Assembly (NCBI GenBank): GCA_964511175.1
Contig: CAZEEI010000002.1
Span: 66,063-130,062 of the forward strand
Reading direction: 5' to 3'
Source: an uncultured Pseudomonadales bacterium
Lineage (GTDB): Bacteria; Patescibacteriota; Microgenomatia; UBA1400; UBA1396
Length of the DNA stretch: 64,000 nt
The notes beneath the pieces were generated by a model. That model had not been told where the DNA came from. It saw nothing but the letters and a program-made list of their open reading frames with translations, and searched no databases. Made by a program: the position numbers and the translations under genes. This document shows positions 38,961-50,300 of the stretch, one piece after another. Position 1 is the first letter of the stretch. Each line of letters starts with the position of its first letter.

Positions 38961-39927
38961 ATTATCCTTTCAGGGTGAAGTGGCATTGGCTGCCTACACT
39001 TACATGCGGGTGGGCGGTCCTGCCGAGGTTTTATGGCGCGCCCAGCGGTTAACCGATTTAGTCGACGTGGTTAGATTTGTCCGCCAGCGGCATTGGCCGC
39101 TGACTGTTTTTGGTGGAGCCAGCAATGTGGTAATCCGCGATGGTGGGATTCGGGGTTTAGTGATTATTAACGAATGTAACCAGGTGCAGATTCCGGCTGA
39201 TTTGACCCAACTCGATCTGCCAGCGGAGTCAGTAACTAAGACGGCGGGTACCAAACAATTTGTTTTAGCCGAATCAGGAATTAAAACGGCTTTACTGATA
39301 CGTGCCACCATCGACGCTGGTTTGACCGGGCTGGAACCTTTTTTAGGTGTGCCTGGTACCTTGGGGGGAGCAATTTATAACAATTCGCACTACACGGAAG
39401 AATTGATTGGTAACTATGTGGTGGCGGTGGAAGTAGCGGCCGAGGACGGTCACTCTTATTGGTTGCCGGCCAGCGTTTGTGAGTTTAGTTATGACCACTC
39501 CCGCTTTCATCACACCCAGGAAATAATTTTGCGTGTTTTGTTTGCTCTGTCCAAAGGCGACGCACCCACTTCACTGCAAAAAATAACCACTGCCACTCAG
39601 AAAAGAGCGGCCACCCAGCCTTTAGGCGAAGCTAGTTCAGGCTGTATGTTTCAAAACGTAACTTTAACGCCAGCCCAACAAGAACGGTTTGGCAAAAAGG
39701 TGCTTTCGGCCGGCTGGCTGATTGATCAGGCCGGGCTGAAAGGCCTGCGGGTGGGCGACGCATCGGTTTCGACTAAGCACGCTAACTTTGTGATTAATGA
39801 AGGCCGCGCCAGTTACCGCGATATTGAACAACTGATCCAAAAAGTGCAACAAGCCGTGGAACAACAATTCGGGATTCACCTCGAACCAGAGGTTTTCTTT
39901 CTCGGAGAACCAAAGAAAGGATCGTAA
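38917..39927 (+). CDS. murB: UDP-N-acetylenolpyruvoylglucosamine reductase
   Basis: VGGPA, GGASNV, PGTLGGAI, SSGCMFQN, KHANF, LEPEV. Confidence 0.96.
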   Translation: MPNSLLTQLQNHFPELSFQGEVALAAYTYMRVGGPAEVLWRAQRLTDLVDVVRFVRQRHWPLTVFGGASNVVIRDGGIRGLVIINECNQVQIPADLTQLDLPAESVTKTAGTKQFVLAESGIKTALLIRATIDAGLTGLEPFLGVPGTLGGAIYNNSHYTEELIGNYVVAVEVAAEDGHSYWLPASVCEFSYDHSRFHHTQEIILRVLFALSKGDAPTSLQKITTATQKRAATQPLGEASSGCMFQNVTLTPAQQERFGKKVLSAGWLIDQAGLKGLRVGDASVSTKHANFVINEGRASYRDIEQLIQKVQQAVEQQFGIHLEPEVFFLGEPKKGS

Positions 39928-41259
39928 ATGCCAGTATATGTGGTGACCGGAGGTACGCCCCTACATGGCTCGGTCCGTCTAGGTGGGGCCAAGAATGTTA
40001 GTTACAAATTGATGATTGCGGCGCTGTTAGGAGAAGAAGAATCGCGTATTCTCAATTTTTCCCACATTAGCGATGTTGATCTGGTGCGTCAGGCGATTAA
40101 TGATTTGGGGGCGAAGGCCTACAGTGCCGGGGAGCGCACGATGTTTGTTGATCCTCAAGGACTAAAGGGTTGGCAGATAGCGGCGCGTTATGGCGAAGGT
40201 TCGCGTGCCTCCACGATGTTTTTACCAGCTCTATTGCATAAGTTTGGCCGAGCGAGCGTGCCGCTTCCTGGAGGAGATAAAATCGGCGCGCGGCCGATTG
40301 ACCGCCATTTGGAGGCGCTGAAAGCCATGGGTGTTCGCTTTAATACGACTAAGGGTGTGTTGGAGGCCTACGCCGATGCGGGTCTAACCGGGGCGACCAT
40401 TCGTTTTGCTAAGAATACCCACACCGGTACGGAAACTGTTTTAATGGCGGCGGCGGTGGCGCGCGGGACTACTATTTTGGAAAATGCAGCGGAAGAGCCG
40501 GAAGTCGACGACCTTATTGCTTTTCTCAACGCGATGGGCGCGCACATCCGCCGCCGCGCTCACCGGGTCATTGAGGTGGAAGGAGTGCCGCACCTGAGTC
40601 GAGCCGTTCATAAAATCATGCCGGACCAAAACGAAGCCGTTTCCTATGCAGTAGCAGCGGTGGTTACCAAGGGCGACATTATTGTGGAAAATGCCAAGCA
40701 CCAACACATGCAGGCTTTTTTGGATAAACTCGAGGAAATAGGTGGCGGTTTTGAAGTTGGCTCCTACGGTATCCGCTTTTTTTACCGCGGGCCACTGCGA
40801 GCCACTGACGTAGTGACCGATGTCCATCCCGGCTTCAAAACTGACTGGCAGCCACTCTGGGCCGTTTTATTAACCCAAGCTGAAGGTACTAGCGAAATTC
40901 ACGAAACAGTTTCAGCCAATCGTTTCCAGTATGCCTCTGCTCTGGAAACCATGGGTGCCCAAATCGAAAAATATAATCCGGAAGTGAAGGATCCGGACAA
41001 GGTTTATAACTTCAACCTAGCCGATGATCAGCCAAATTTTTACCACGCCTTGCGAGTGACCGGTCCGACCCGCTTGCGGCCCATCGAATATACCGTGCCC
41101 GATTTACGGGCAGGGGCGACAATTATTTTGGCGTCTTTAATTGCCGACGGCACTTCGACAATCCATGATTTAGAACGTCATGTAGAGCGTGGCTATGAGG
41201 CGGTGACCGACCGGCTCAATAGTATGGGCGCTAATATTAAGCGGAGTGATCCGGAGTGA
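39928..41259 (+). CDS. murA: UDP-GlcNAc 1-carboxyvinyltransferase (Asp in place of catalytic Cys)
   Basis: GAKN, LPGGDKIGARP, ENAAEEPEV, PGFKTD, DLRAG, RGYE. Confidence 0.96.
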   Translation: MPVYVVTGGTPLHGSVRLGGAKNVSYKLMIAALLGEEESRILNFSHISDVDLVRQAINDLGAKAYSAGERTMFVDPQGLKGWQIAARYGEGSRASTMFLPALLHKFGRASVPLPGGDKIGARPIDRHLEALKAMGVRFNTTKGVLEAYADAGLTGATIRFAKNTHTGTETVLMAAAVARGTTILENAAEEPEVDDLIAFLNAMGAHIRRRAHRVIEVEGVPHLSRAVHKIMPDQNEAVSYAVAAVVTKGDIIVENAKHQHMQAFLDKLEEIGGGFEVGSYGIRFFYRGPLRATDVVTDVHPGFKTDWQPLWAVLLTQAEGTSEIHETVSANRFQYASALETMGAQIEKYNPEVKDPDKVYNFNLADDQPNFYHALRVTGPTRLRPIEYTVPDLRAGATIILASLIADGTSTIHDLERHVERGYEAVTDRLNSMGANIKRSDPE

Positions 41260-41274
41260 AGTACAATACAACCC

Positions 41275-42027
41275 ATGGCCACTATCCATTCTAAATTCGC
41301 ATTAGACCAAATACGTATGGCGGGTCGCATGGCTGCCGAAATTGTGGAAAGTTTGTCGCACCAACTGGAACCAGGTGTTTCGGCTGATTGGATCGATCAG
41401 GAAGCACGGCGTTTGTGCCGCGAGCGCGGTGTGGAGCCGGCCTTCTTGGGCTACCAGGGTTTTCCGGGGGCAATTTGTTTGAGTGTTAATGATGAAGTGG
41501 TGCACGGTATTCCGGCTGCCCAGAAGATTTTGGCGGTCGGCGATTTAGTAAAACTCGATTTTGGGGTGAAATATAACGGTTACTATTCGGATCACTGCCG
41601 GACCTTTGCAGTAGGGCAGGTTAGTCCGATTCACCAAAAACTGTTAACCATTGGTCAGGCAGCCACAAATAATGCGGTTAAACTAGTGCGTCCGGACAAC
41701 CGGATTGGCGACTTGTCTTGGGCTATGCAGTCGACGGCGGAAGAAGCCGGTTTTTCCGTGGTGCGGCTTTACATTGGGCACGGCATTGGTAAACATCTGC
41801 ACGAAGATCCGGAGATTCCAGCTTTTGGGCGACCTGGCACCGGTCCTACTTTACATCCAGATATGGTGATTTGTGTGGAGTGCCAAGTTTGTGAAAAAGG
41901 CTACGCCATCACGCATGATCGCGACGGTTGGACTAGCCGAACCAAAGACGGTGGTTACGTAGTGATGTTTGAGCACATGGTTCATATTACGGCTGGCGAT
42001 CCAGAAATTCTTACGAAGCTGGATTGA
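41275..42027 (+). CDS. map: methionine aminopeptidase type I
   Basis: [27 protein letters not shown]. Confidence 0.96.
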   Translation: MATIHSKFALDQIRMAGRMAAEIVESLSHQLEPGVSADWIDQEARRLCRERGVEPAFLGYQGFPGAICLSVNDEVVHGIPAAQKILAVGDLVKLDFGVKYNGYYSDHCRTFAVGQVSPIHQKLLTIGQAATNNAVKLVRPDNRIGDLSWAMQSTAEEAGFSVVRLYIGHGIGKHLHEDPEIPAFGRPGTGPTLHPDMVICVECQVCEKGYAITHDRDGWTSRTKDGGYVVMFEHMVHITAGDPEILTKLD

Positions 42028-43492
42028 TTTTCGTTAAACGCAAAATATCGACGCCCCAATAATGCAGCCGCGCGTAGCCCATACCGGCAATATTTTTTAA
42101 GTCCTGCCAGGTTTGCGGCGGCTGAGCAGCCAAGCGATGTAAGGTTTGATTAGTTCCCAAAAAATAGGGTGGTATTTGTAAGTTCTGGGCTTTGCGCCGC
42201 CGCAGTTCGCGTAGTTGGGCGAATAATTCCGGCGATGGTTGACTGATCGGTGGTGGTATCCAGGGACGGACATTTTGACAACGGCAGCAGCCGCAGCCAG
42301 GAGTAGTGATTTTAACCAGTGGATTGAGTGAGAAATAGTTAGCCAGCAACTCGGATGCACAGCGGGGTGATTGGGCAAAACGTTGGACCTGGTGGGCGAG
42401 GCGGCGCAAGTGATTGCGACGACCGGGGGCCGCGGCGGACAGAGTGAATTGGTAATTACGCAGTAGATCGTTGTCGCGGTAAAGCAGAACGCACCAGGCT
42501 TCCAGACCATCCCGGCCGCCGCGGCCCGACTCTTGGGCAAAAGCAGCTAAAGAAGTGGGCGGAGTGTGGTGAATAACCAAGCGCACATTGGGTTTATCTA
42601 CTCCCATGCCAAAAGCACTGGTCGCTACCAGAAGAGCGCGTGGTTCGGTTAAGAAACGGTGTAAATGGCGCTGTCTGATTGGGGTGCTCAGGCCAGCGTG
42701 GTAGGGTCGGGTCTGCCTAAAGCCAAATTTTTTAATCAGCTGGGTTAACTCTTCCGTTTCGGAACGGGTAGCCGCGTAAACAATAGCGCTTCCCCAAAGT
42801 TCTTTTTGCCACCAGCGCAAAATACCCAATAATATTGAACGTTTTTGGGCTTCGCTGGTAGGTGTTTCAATAACATAACGCAGATTGGGACGGTAAAAAG
42901 GCAGAGTGAAAAGTTGGGGTTTAATTAGCTGTAGGGAATGACTGATTTCTTTAATGGTGGCAGCTGTAGCCGTGGCGGTCAGAGCGGCTACAACTGGCCG
43001 GTGCGGTAAAGCAGTCAGGAAGTCATGGATTAGCAAATACTCTGGTCGAAAATCGTGTCCCCACTGGCTCAGGCAGTGTGCTTCATCAACACAAACTAGG
43101 GCGATATTTTGCCGCATCAGCAACTGGTGGACTAAAGCAGAATGTAACTTCTCTGGGCTTAGATACAGAATTTTAATGTTTCCCGACTGAATTTTTTGTT
43201 GAACCAGCTGACTCTGCTGTGGTGAAAGTGTACTGTTCCAGGTTACCGAGGGAATATTATGTTTGGTTAATTTGGCGAGTTGATCCTGCATGAGGGATAA
43301 AAGCGGGGAAATGACAATCGTTAGACCATCCAGCAGTGTGGCGGGAAATTGGTAACAAAGTGATTTACCGCCGCCGGTTGGCAAAACGGCCAATGTGTCG
43401 TGGCCGCTAAGGATAGCGTTAATAATTTCTTTTTGAGGCGGGCGGAACGATTGGAGGTGAAAAGTATCGCGGAGGTGGTTTTCTAAATTCAT
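42011..43492 (-). CDS. recQ: RecQ family helicase with HRDC domain
   Basis: [47 protein letters not shown], Zn-binding Cys cluster, HRDC. Confidence 0.94.
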   Translation of the reverse strand: MNLENHLRDTFHLQSFRPPQKEIINAILSGHDTLAVLPTGGGKSLCYQFPATLLDGLTIVISPLLSLMQDQLAKLTKHNIPSVTWNSTLSPQQSQLVQQKIQSGNIKILYLSPEKLHSALVHQLLMRQNIALVCVDEAHCLSQWGHDFRPEYLLIHDFLTALPHRPVVAALTATATAATIKEISHSLQLIKPQLFTLPFYRPNLRYVIETPTSEAQKRSILLGILRWWQKELWGSAIVYAATRSETEELTQLIKKFGFRQTRPYHAGLSTPIRQRHLHRFLTEPRALLVATSAFGMGVDKPNVRLVIHHTPPTSLAAFAQESGRGGRDGLEAWCVLLYRDNDLLRNYQFTLSAAAPGRRNHLRRLAHQVQRFAQSPRCASELLANYFSLNPLVKITTPGCGCCRCQNVRPWIPPPISQPSPELFAQLRELRRRKAQNLQIPPYFLGTNQTLHRLAAQPPQTWQDLKNIAGMGYARLHYWGVDILRLTKINPAS

Positions 43493-43540
43493 ATTTTCAA
43501 ACTACCGCACAATTCTGACCAAACCTGTACAATAAAAGCT

Positions 43541-45190
43541 ATGCGCAAGGCGCGTACCTGGTTAGTAGCCATTGTTTTGCTGGGGGCAATTTTGCGTCTG
43601 GTTGGTTTTGGGCACGTTCCCGTGGCACCATATTGGGACGAGATGGCGATTTGGGATGACGCCCAGTCGATTTTGGCGACGGGTCGCGACATGCACCACC
43701 GCTCTTGGCTGCAGCCGCTGTTTATTTCCTATGGCGATTTTAAGTTGCCGGTTTATATCTGGCTAACGGCGCTGGGTAGTAATTTAACCCAGGACATCTT
43801 AACGGCGGTGCGTTTGCCTAGTTTGGTGGCTGGCATCCTAAGCATTCCGGTTTTATATTATTTAGCTATTTGGCTTTGGCCACGGCAACGCGGTATTGGT
43901 TTAGCAGCGGCGGGAATAGCGGCGATATTGCCTTGGTCGCTGCATTTTTCGCGGGTTGGTTATGAGGGGCACGTGGGAATGGTTTGGTTACTTAGTTCAG
44001 CAGCGGCATTGTGGTGGAGTCGGCGGCAAAAAATAGGATCGCGGCAGTGGTTGGGTGTTCTGCTTAGTGCGGGTTTAGGTACTTTAGCGGTTTATACCTA
44101 TTTTAGTGTCCGCTTTGTTTTTCCGGTGGTTTTTTTGGGGGTGGCCGGTATCGAATGGCCTCACTGGCGACGCCGCTGGCCGCAGTTAGCCCTAGCTTTA
44201 CTGCTTTGGCTGGCTCTATTGATGCCAATGACACGTGCCGATTTTTACCAAGCCAGCAATCAATTTAGGCTTAGTGCGACCAATATTCTTAATAATCCCG
44301 ACCAGCCCAACATCATTAATTTGTGGCGGTTTCGGTCCGGCAACAACTTATTTAGTCGCCTGGTCTTCAACCGTTATACTTTTACAGCTCACAGTTTAAT
44401 GGTGAACTATGCCACATTTTTAAGTCCTAACTATTTGTGGTTTCAGGGCGACACTAATGTGCGTCATAGCTCTGGTGTGACTGGTATTATGCTGGTGACA
44501 ATGTTCCCACTTTGGGTAGTCGGGTGGCTGTCATTAGTGCGCCGGCAACCCAAACTCGCGATTTATTTTGGTCTTTGGTGGGCAGCCGGCATTCTGCCGG
44601 CCGCCGTACCTACTGATGTCCCGCACGCTCTGCGTTCGCTCAACACCTTGCCAGTGGTGGTTTTAGTTTTGGCTTGGGGCTTGGTAACCATTGCTCAGTG
44701 GTGGCAAACGATGGTGTCTCGTTTTGGTCGTTATCAAATTATCGGTAAATGGGTTGGCGCAGTGGCGCTGTCTTTAGCTATCGGCTTGGAACTGATTCGC
44801 TACGAGCATCACTGGCTCACCGTTTATCCCACTGTTTCGGCGCAAGAGTGGCAGGACGGCTACCTCGCGGCTGCCCGGTATGTTGCTCAAATACGCAATC
44901 AGTACACGTTTGTTTACGTCGATGCCTTTGATGATCGTTTTTTCTTGTATTACCTTCCTTATTCTGGTTTGAGCTGGTCGGCAATTCAAGATTCGCCCAG
45001 CGATGGTTTTAAACGCAGTATCTTCGACAATGTCCGAATTAGTAACATTGATAACTGGGAAGCGTTAGAGCACAATTCGTTAGTGGTTACTACGCCGGAT
45101 CGATTGCCGGCCGACCAAATGGTCGCGGCGACATTAGCCGACTCAACCGGAAAGGACCAATTTGTTACCGTGGTCACGCCTCGCGACTAA
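43541..45190 (+). CDS. GT-C (ArnT/PMT-like) glycosyltransferase
   Basis: WDE...SYGDFKLP, VRLPS, FSRVGYE, PHALR. Confidence 0.88.
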   Translation: MRKARTWLVAIVLLGAILRLVGFGHVPVAPYWDEMAIWDDAQSILATGRDMHHRSWLQPLFISYGDFKLPVYIWLTALGSNLTQDILTAVRLPSLVAGILSIPVLYYLAIWLWPRQRGIGLAAAGIAAILPWSLHFSRVGYEGHVGMVWLLSSAAALWWSRRQKIGSRQWLGVLLSAGLGTLAVYTYFSVRFVFPVVFLGVAGIEWPHWRRRWPQLALALLLWLALLMPMTRADFYQASNQFRLSATNILNNPDQPNIINLWRFRSGNNLFSRLVFNRYTFTAHSLMVNYATFLSPNYLWFQGDTNVRHSSGVTGIMLVTMFPLWVVGWLSLVRRQPKLAIYFGLWWAAGILPAAVPTDVPHALRSLNTLPVVVLVLAWGLVTIAQWWQTMVSRFGRYQIIGKWVGAVALSLAIGLELIRYEHHWLTVYPTVSAQEWQDGYLAAARYVAQIRNQYTFVYVDAFDDRFFLYYLPYSGLSWSAIQDSPSDGFKRSIFDNVRISNIDNWEALEHNSLVVTTPDRLPADQMVAATLADSTGKDQFVTVVTPRD

Positions 45191-46751
45191 GCGGCAGTTA
45201 ATTTTCTGGCTAGGTTTGGTTTTGGTGATGGTGGGGCGTTTGTTTTACTATCATTACACCGCTCCCCAGATTTTAAACCAGGATGAGGCGGCCATTCTAC
45301 TTAACGCCCGCTTAATCGCTGAAGCCGGACTTGACGAATGGGGGGTAGCTTGGCCGCTTACCTTTCGTTCCTTTGGTGATTTTAAGTTGCCGGGATACAT
45401 CTACCTGGTGGCTGGTTTGGGTAAAATAATTGGTTTTACCAATTTAACGGTACGTTTGCCTTCTTTGGTGGCTGGGGTAGTACTGTTGTGGCTAGTTTGG
45501 CGTGTCGCCGCCAAATTAACCAACTCGCCTGTGGTAGGATTGGCCGCTGCTTTACTTTTGGCTGTTTCTCCTTGGAGTTGGCACTATGGTACTTTAGGTT
45601 ACGAAGCTCATCTGGGCTTAGTATGGTGGTTGGGTGCTTTATGGTTAATTCTCACCAGCCGTCGATGGCCGGCTTATGTACTAGGCGGATTGATCCTGAC
45701 TTTAGCCTTGTTTACTTATAATGCGCCGCTGATCTTGCTGCCAATTTTGGTGGTAGCAGTAGTTTGTCAAGATTGGGGGCGATGGCGTTTGTTTGGCGCT
45801 AAACTAGTGGTCATTGTGGCAGCCGGCTTGATCGACAGTTGGCTAACTCTACCCGCTACACTACAAAAAGGGGGAATCGCCATTTTTCAGGATCCAACTC
45901 TGCTTGATGCCTATCCGCTCTACCGCGCCAGTTGGTTTGGTTTAGTCCAGACCTGGCTAGGTAACAAGTACGTTTACTTTATCGGTATTGCGATCAGTCA
46001 TTGGTGGCAACATTTCTCCTGGCAGTTCTTGGTTATGCAAGGCGGCAACAATCCTTGGCACACCATTCCCCAGACCGGACACTTAGTTTTCCTTTTACCG
46101 CTTTTACTAGCGATCGGTTTAGGGACGACTGGCCGACGTCTTTACTTAGCTTTGGTGCAGCGGCGCTGGTGGGTCGTCCGCCGGGAAGTAATACTGTTGG
46201 TTTTGTTCATTGGGAGTCTGGCCCCGGCGGCAATTACGGCGGACGCCCCGCACGCCACCCGCAGTTTATTTTTTTTCGTGATGGCTACCGTGTTGGGAGC
46301 CAGGGGACTAGTTGATGCACAAGACCGTTACTGCCGTTCTGGTTTACCCGCCAAATTAAAACACGTCCTAACTTTGATTTTGGCCGGCAGCTTAATTCTT
46401 GGTTTCACTTGGTGGTGGGTGCCAGCAACTCAGCACTGGCAACGCTCAGCTCAGGCTCGCTGGAATATTGGTTTAGAGACAGCCTTGCACGACTCCCGAA
46501 TTGACCAAGCCCAACGCGTTTTTATCGTTGATCCTAATGGGGTGCTGTATACGCTGGTGGCTACCACTAAGATGGTGCCGGCCAGTGTGTTCTACCAAAC
46601 GGTTAAACGTTCGCCGCCGGATACGGCTGGTTTGGTACGCGTGGAGAGTTTAGATCGTTACGAATTTATTTTCCAAACTAGCGACGCCCGCGCCCCCGGA
46701 TTGCTTTTGCAGCCCCGCAGTAACACCCAGTGGGATATCATCGAATTATGA
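45162..46751 (+). CDS. GT-C (ArnT/PMT-like) glycosyltransferase, tandem paralog
   Basis: QDEAA...SFGDFKLP, VRLPS, PHATR. Confidence 0.88.
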   Translation: MLPWSRLATKRQLIFWLGLVLVMVGRLFYYHYTAPQILNQDEAAILLNARLIAEAGLDEWGVAWPLTFRSFGDFKLPGYIYLVAGLGKIIGFTNLTVRLPSLVAGVVLLWLVWRVAAKLTNSPVVGLAAALLLAVSPWSWHYGTLGYEAHLGLVWWLGALWLILTSRRWPAYVLGGLILTLALFTYNAPLILLPILVVAVVCQDWGRWRLFGAKLVVIVAAGLIDSWLTLPATLQKGGIAIFQDPTLLDAYPLYRASWFGLVQTWLGNKYVYFIGIAISHWWQHFSWQFLVMQGGNNPWHTIPQTGHLVFLLPLLLAIGLGTTGRRLYLALVQRRWWVVRREVILLVLFIGSLAPAAITADAPHATRSLFFFVMATVLGARGLVDAQDRYCRSGLPAKLKHVLTLILAGSLILGFTWWWVPATQHWQRSAQARWNIGLETALHDSRIDQAQRVFIVDPNGVLYTLVATTKMVPASVFYQTVKRSPPDTAGLVRVESLDRYEFIFQTSDARAPGLLLQPRSNTQWDIIEL

Positions 46752-47539
46752 AAACAAAGCACCAACATTCTTTATCAGTGGTTTACGCCGTCTACAATGA
46801 AGCAGCCAACTTGGCTCGTTCGCTGGACAGCATTAAGGATTTAGCCGATGAAATCATTGTGGTAGACGGTTCTTCCACCGACCAAACCAGGGAAATTGCC
46901 AAACAATACGGCGCTCAGATTATTAAGACGACCAATAAACCTATTTTTCACATCAACAAACAGATGGCCATGGCCGCGGCGCGAGGCGAGTGGACGCTGC
47001 AGATGGATGCCGACGAGGTAGTGGATGGTGAGATGCGGCAAGACATTAAACGCTTGGTTAATGCACCGTTGGACGCGCAACCGGCTGCTTTTTGGCTGCG
47101 GCGGCGCAACTGGTTTTTGGGTCGGTTTTTGACCAAAGGCGGACAGTATCCAGATCCGGTGATTCGTTTTTACCAAACTGGACGTGCCCATTTGCCCATG
47201 AAATCGGTTCACGAACAAATGGCAGTGGACGGTGAAGTCGGCTGGTTGGCTGGCCATCTTTTGCACTATAACGCCCCCAGTTTTAGTGACTACTTGCGCA
47301 AGGCCAACACCTATACTTCACTAACGGCTGGGGAAATGCTGGAACATAAAGTACCGCTTAATCTTTTCACCTTCGGCCGTTATTGGTATTGGTTGCCACT
47401 GAAAACTTTTTTCTCTCTTTATTTTCGCCATCTGGGTTTAGTCGACGGTTTTCCCGGCCTGATGTTTGCCCTTTTTTCCGGATTACACTACCGATTGGCC
47501 TACATTAAGTATTGGGAGAAGAAACGGACGACGACGTGA
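46748..47539 (+). CDS. glycosyltransferase family 2 (beta-1,4-glucosyltransferase-like)
   Basis: VDGSSTD, MDADE, YPD, VHE. Confidence 0.92.
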   Translation: MKTKHQHSLSVVYAVYNEAANLARSLDSIKDLADEIIVVDGSSTDQTREIAKQYGAQIIKTTNKPIFHINKQMAMAAARGEWTLQMDADEVVDGEMRQDIKRLVNAPLDAQPAAFWLRRRNWFLGRFLTKGGQYPDPVIRFYQTGRAHLPMKSVHEQMAVDGEVGWLAGHLLHYNAPSFSDYLRKANTYTSLTAGEMLEHKVPLNLFTFGRYWYWLPLKTFFSLYFRHLGLVDGFPGLMFALFSGLHYRLAYIKYWEKKRTTT

Positions 47540-48615
47540 GAGTTTTACTGGATACTACACCGTTACTAAATCAGAATCGCGCACGCGGTGTGGGTCGCTA
47601 TACGCAAGAACTATTGCAAGCTTTGCGACAATTAACGGATACGGATGAGCCGCTAATAGTCCAAGCGACCCATGAGGTAGGAATCATACTTGATCCTAGT
47701 CAAGATTTCGACTTAATTCATTATCCCTACTTTGATTTGTTTTTTAGTACCCTACCCAAACCATCGCGTTTGCCGGTGGTAGTAACCGTCCATGATGTCA
47801 TCCCGCTTTTGTTCCCCCAACATTATCCACCCGGTCTGAAGGGCAAATGGCGCTTTTGGCAACAAAAACGCCACTTACAACAAGCTACCGCTGTGATTAC
47901 CGACTCGGAAAATTCCAAACGGGATATTAACCAATACTTGGATATTCCGGCGGCGCGGATTTACGTTACGCCCTTGGCCGCTAATCCAGCATTGCAACCG
48001 CCCACCGAATACGCGCAACAAAAAGCCAAACAAGCACTAAATTTGCCCAGCCAGTATGTTTTGTATATCGGCGATATTAACTACAACAAAAATTTGCCAA
48101 CCTTATTGTTGGCCCTCACCCAGTTGCCGGCCGAAATTCACCTCGGTGTGGTGAGCCAAACTTTTAATGACACTACCATTCCGGAAGGGCAAATGTTGGC
48201 GGAATTAATTCACAAAAATGATTTGGCAGAAAGAGTACACGTTTGGTCCATTCCGCCGGAAGATACTAATACTTTGGCGGCAGTAATCGCCGCCGCTAAA
48301 TGTTTGGTCCAGCCATCCTTATACGAAGGTTTTGGTTTGCCGGTTTTAGAAGCGATGCAAGTAGGAACAGTGGTGGTAGCGGCTAACACCTCCTCTTTAC
48401 CGGAAGTGGCGGGAGAAGCAGCTTTACTAGTTGAACCCACTATTGTTGGCCTAACTAACGGTTTGCAGGAAGCAGTAAGCTGGCGTGGGGAAGAACGAGA
48501 GAAAAGAATAAAATCAGGTCAACAACAGGCGGCTCGTTTCTCTTGGGAACAGACAGCCCGTTTAACTTACCAGGTTTATCAGGAGGCGCAGCGACTGGCT
48601 GGGCGGGGAAAATGA
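47536..48615 (+). CDS. glycosyltransferase family 4
   Basis: RGVGRY, VHDVIP, NKNL, YEGFGLPVLEAM. Confidence 0.93.
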   Translation: MRVLLDTTPLLNQNRARGVGRYTQELLQALRQLTDTDEPLIVQATHEVGIILDPSQDFDLIHYPYFDLFFSTLPKPSRLPVVVTVHDVIPLLFPQHYPPGLKGKWRFWQQKRHLQQATAVITDSENSKRDINQYLDIPAARIYVTPLAANPALQPPTEYAQQKAKQALNLPSQYVLYIGDINYNKNLPTLLLALTQLPAEIHLGVVSQTFNDTTIPEGQMLAELIHKNDLAERVHVWSIPPEDTNTLAAVIAAAKCLVQPSLYEGFGLPVLEAMQVGTVVVAANTSSLPEVAGEAALLVEPTIVGLTNGLQEAVSWRGEEREKRIKSGQQQAARFSWEQTARLTYQVYQEAQRLAGRGK

Positions 48616-50300
48616 TGAAAAAGATAATTAAAATCAACTGGTCAGTGGTTTGGGTTTGGCTATTGGCGTTGCTGTTGGCGGTAGTCTTAACGAAAGTTTA
48701 CTGGGGAAACGCTTTTCCCTACACGCACGATGGAGCCAATCATTTAGCGCGTTTCGTTAATTATGCCGCCGCTTTGCGGGAAGGCCAGTTTCCGCCGCGT
48801 TTTGCTCCTTATATCTATTCCGGCTATGGTTTTCCCATCTTTAATTATAACTACCCGCTGGCCAACATTTTGGCTTTACCTTGGTTAGCGATCGGTTTTC
48901 ATACGGAGCGCGTGTTTGCGATTCTCATTACCAGTAGTTTAACCGTCGGCATTGTGGCTGTGTTTTATTCCCTGCGTCACTATTTTAAGCGCAGCGCTAG
49001 CGTAATTGGCACGCTGACTTACGCCTTGTCTTGGTACTTAAATATCGGTTTAGTTTACCGGGGCGGAATTGGGGAAGTTATCGCCTACGCCCTAACGCCG
49101 ATAGTTTTTTGGTGTTTGTACCGTTGGCAGAAAAAACCACAACTTTACGCCTGGTTTTTGGCTACTTTTAGTTTGGCCGTTTTACTTTTGGCTCATAATG
49201 TTATGTCCTTGTTTAGTTTCGGTTTACTGGGTTTATTTAGTTTGAATTGGCTAATTGACCACCGCCTTACTTGGCGATCTTGGCTCTTATTGTGGCTGGT
49301 ACCGGTTGGCTTGACGCTCTGGTTTTGGTTGCCGGCCTTAGCCGAAATGAATCTTGTCGCTCTAGCGGGTGATGCTTTGCAAACCGAAACCAGCCAACAC
49401 GTGGTGCCACTGTCCCAACTGCTTTTTTCACCTTGGCGATTCGGTTTTTCGCGCACGGGGTCACTCAAATCATTGGGTTTTGGTCAGGGATCGCTGTTTA
49501 TTACGGTGGCGTTTTGGGCAATTGTCGGGCTAATTCAAGAGAGTTGGGAGTGGTCTTGGCGTAGGGCAACCTGGCCGTCGGCGCAGGGTCGTTTACGCTG
49601 GATACTGGCAGTGGTGTTGGCGGGCAGTTTTTGGCTCGCCAGTGATTGGTCGCAAATTGTTTGGCAGACGGTGAGCCCACTGGCCGTTTTGCAGTTTCCG
49701 TGGCGCTGCTTATTTATCACGAGCTTATTATTAGCTCCGACCGCCGCTTGGGTTTACCAGCGCTATACTTCAGGTTGGATTAAACTTGGCTTATTGGTTG
49801 CCGTGGTTTGGCAGATGCGGTGGGTGATTAACTTAAAGCCGGTTGATTATTTCCATTATGATCAGCAGTATTATCTCCAATTTCCCCATAGTACGACCGC
49901 CCGCAATGAGAACCGACCACTGACTTTTTCGCCAGATGCCATAGTTTCCTGGCAACCTCAACCAACTGTTGCCACCGGTGCCGCCACAACTAATGTTTTG
50001 GTTTGGCTTGGTTCCCGGCGTGAGTATACGGTTCAGGTAACCACTGACGCTATTCTCACCGAACCAACGGTTTATTTTCCTGGCTGGCAAGTTAAAGCCG
50101 ATGACCAGTTGCTCACGCCGGAATTAACACCTCAATTGGGTGGTCTGGTAGCGTATCGTTTGCCAGCTCGCCGCGAACCTTACCTAATTACTTCCGGTTT
50201 TACCGGCCGTACGATGGCGCGCCAGTGGGGGGAAATTATTTCCGTTCTGACAGCGGTTAGTTTACTAGTAGCACTAGTTTGGCGGGGGAGGCGACGGTGA
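48612..50300 (+). CDS. polytopic GT-C-like membrane protein (PTPS-related/YfhO-like)
   Basis: THDGANHLAR, GQFPPR, GYGFPIFNYNYPL, QFPWR, YFPGW. Confidence 0.8.
   Translation: MMKKIIKINWSVVWVWLLALLLAVVLTKVYWGNAFPYTHDGANHLARFVNYAAALREGQFPPRFAPYIYSGYGFPIFNYNYPLANILALPWLAIGFHTERVFAILITSSLTVGIVAVFYSLRHYFKRSASVIGTLTYALSWYLNIGLVYRGGIGEVIAYALTPIVFWCLYRWQKKPQLYAWFLATFSLAVLLLAHNVMSLFSFGLLGLFSLNWLIDHRLTWRSWLLLWLVPVGLTLWFWLPALAEMNLVALAGDALQTETSQHVVPLSQLLFSPWRFGFSRTGSLKSLGFGQGSLFITVAFWAIVGLIQESWEWSWRRATWPSAQGRLRWILAVVLAGSFWLASDWSQIVWQTVSPLAVLQFPWRCLFITSLLLAPTAAWVYQRYTSGWIKLGLLVAVVWQMRWVINLKPVDYFHYDQQYYLQFPHSTTARNENRPLTFSPDAIVSWQPQPTVATGAATTNVLVWLGSRREYTVQVTTDAILTEPTVYFPGWQVKADDQLLTPELTPQLGGLVAYRLPARREPYLITSGFTGRTMARQWGEIISVLTAVSLLVALVWRGRRR

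Noticed and set aside
43731-45392. Shared GATTTTAAGTTGCCGG in two genes as a mobile or regulatory repeat
   Set aside because: Explained by the conserved DFKLP motif of tandem paralogs
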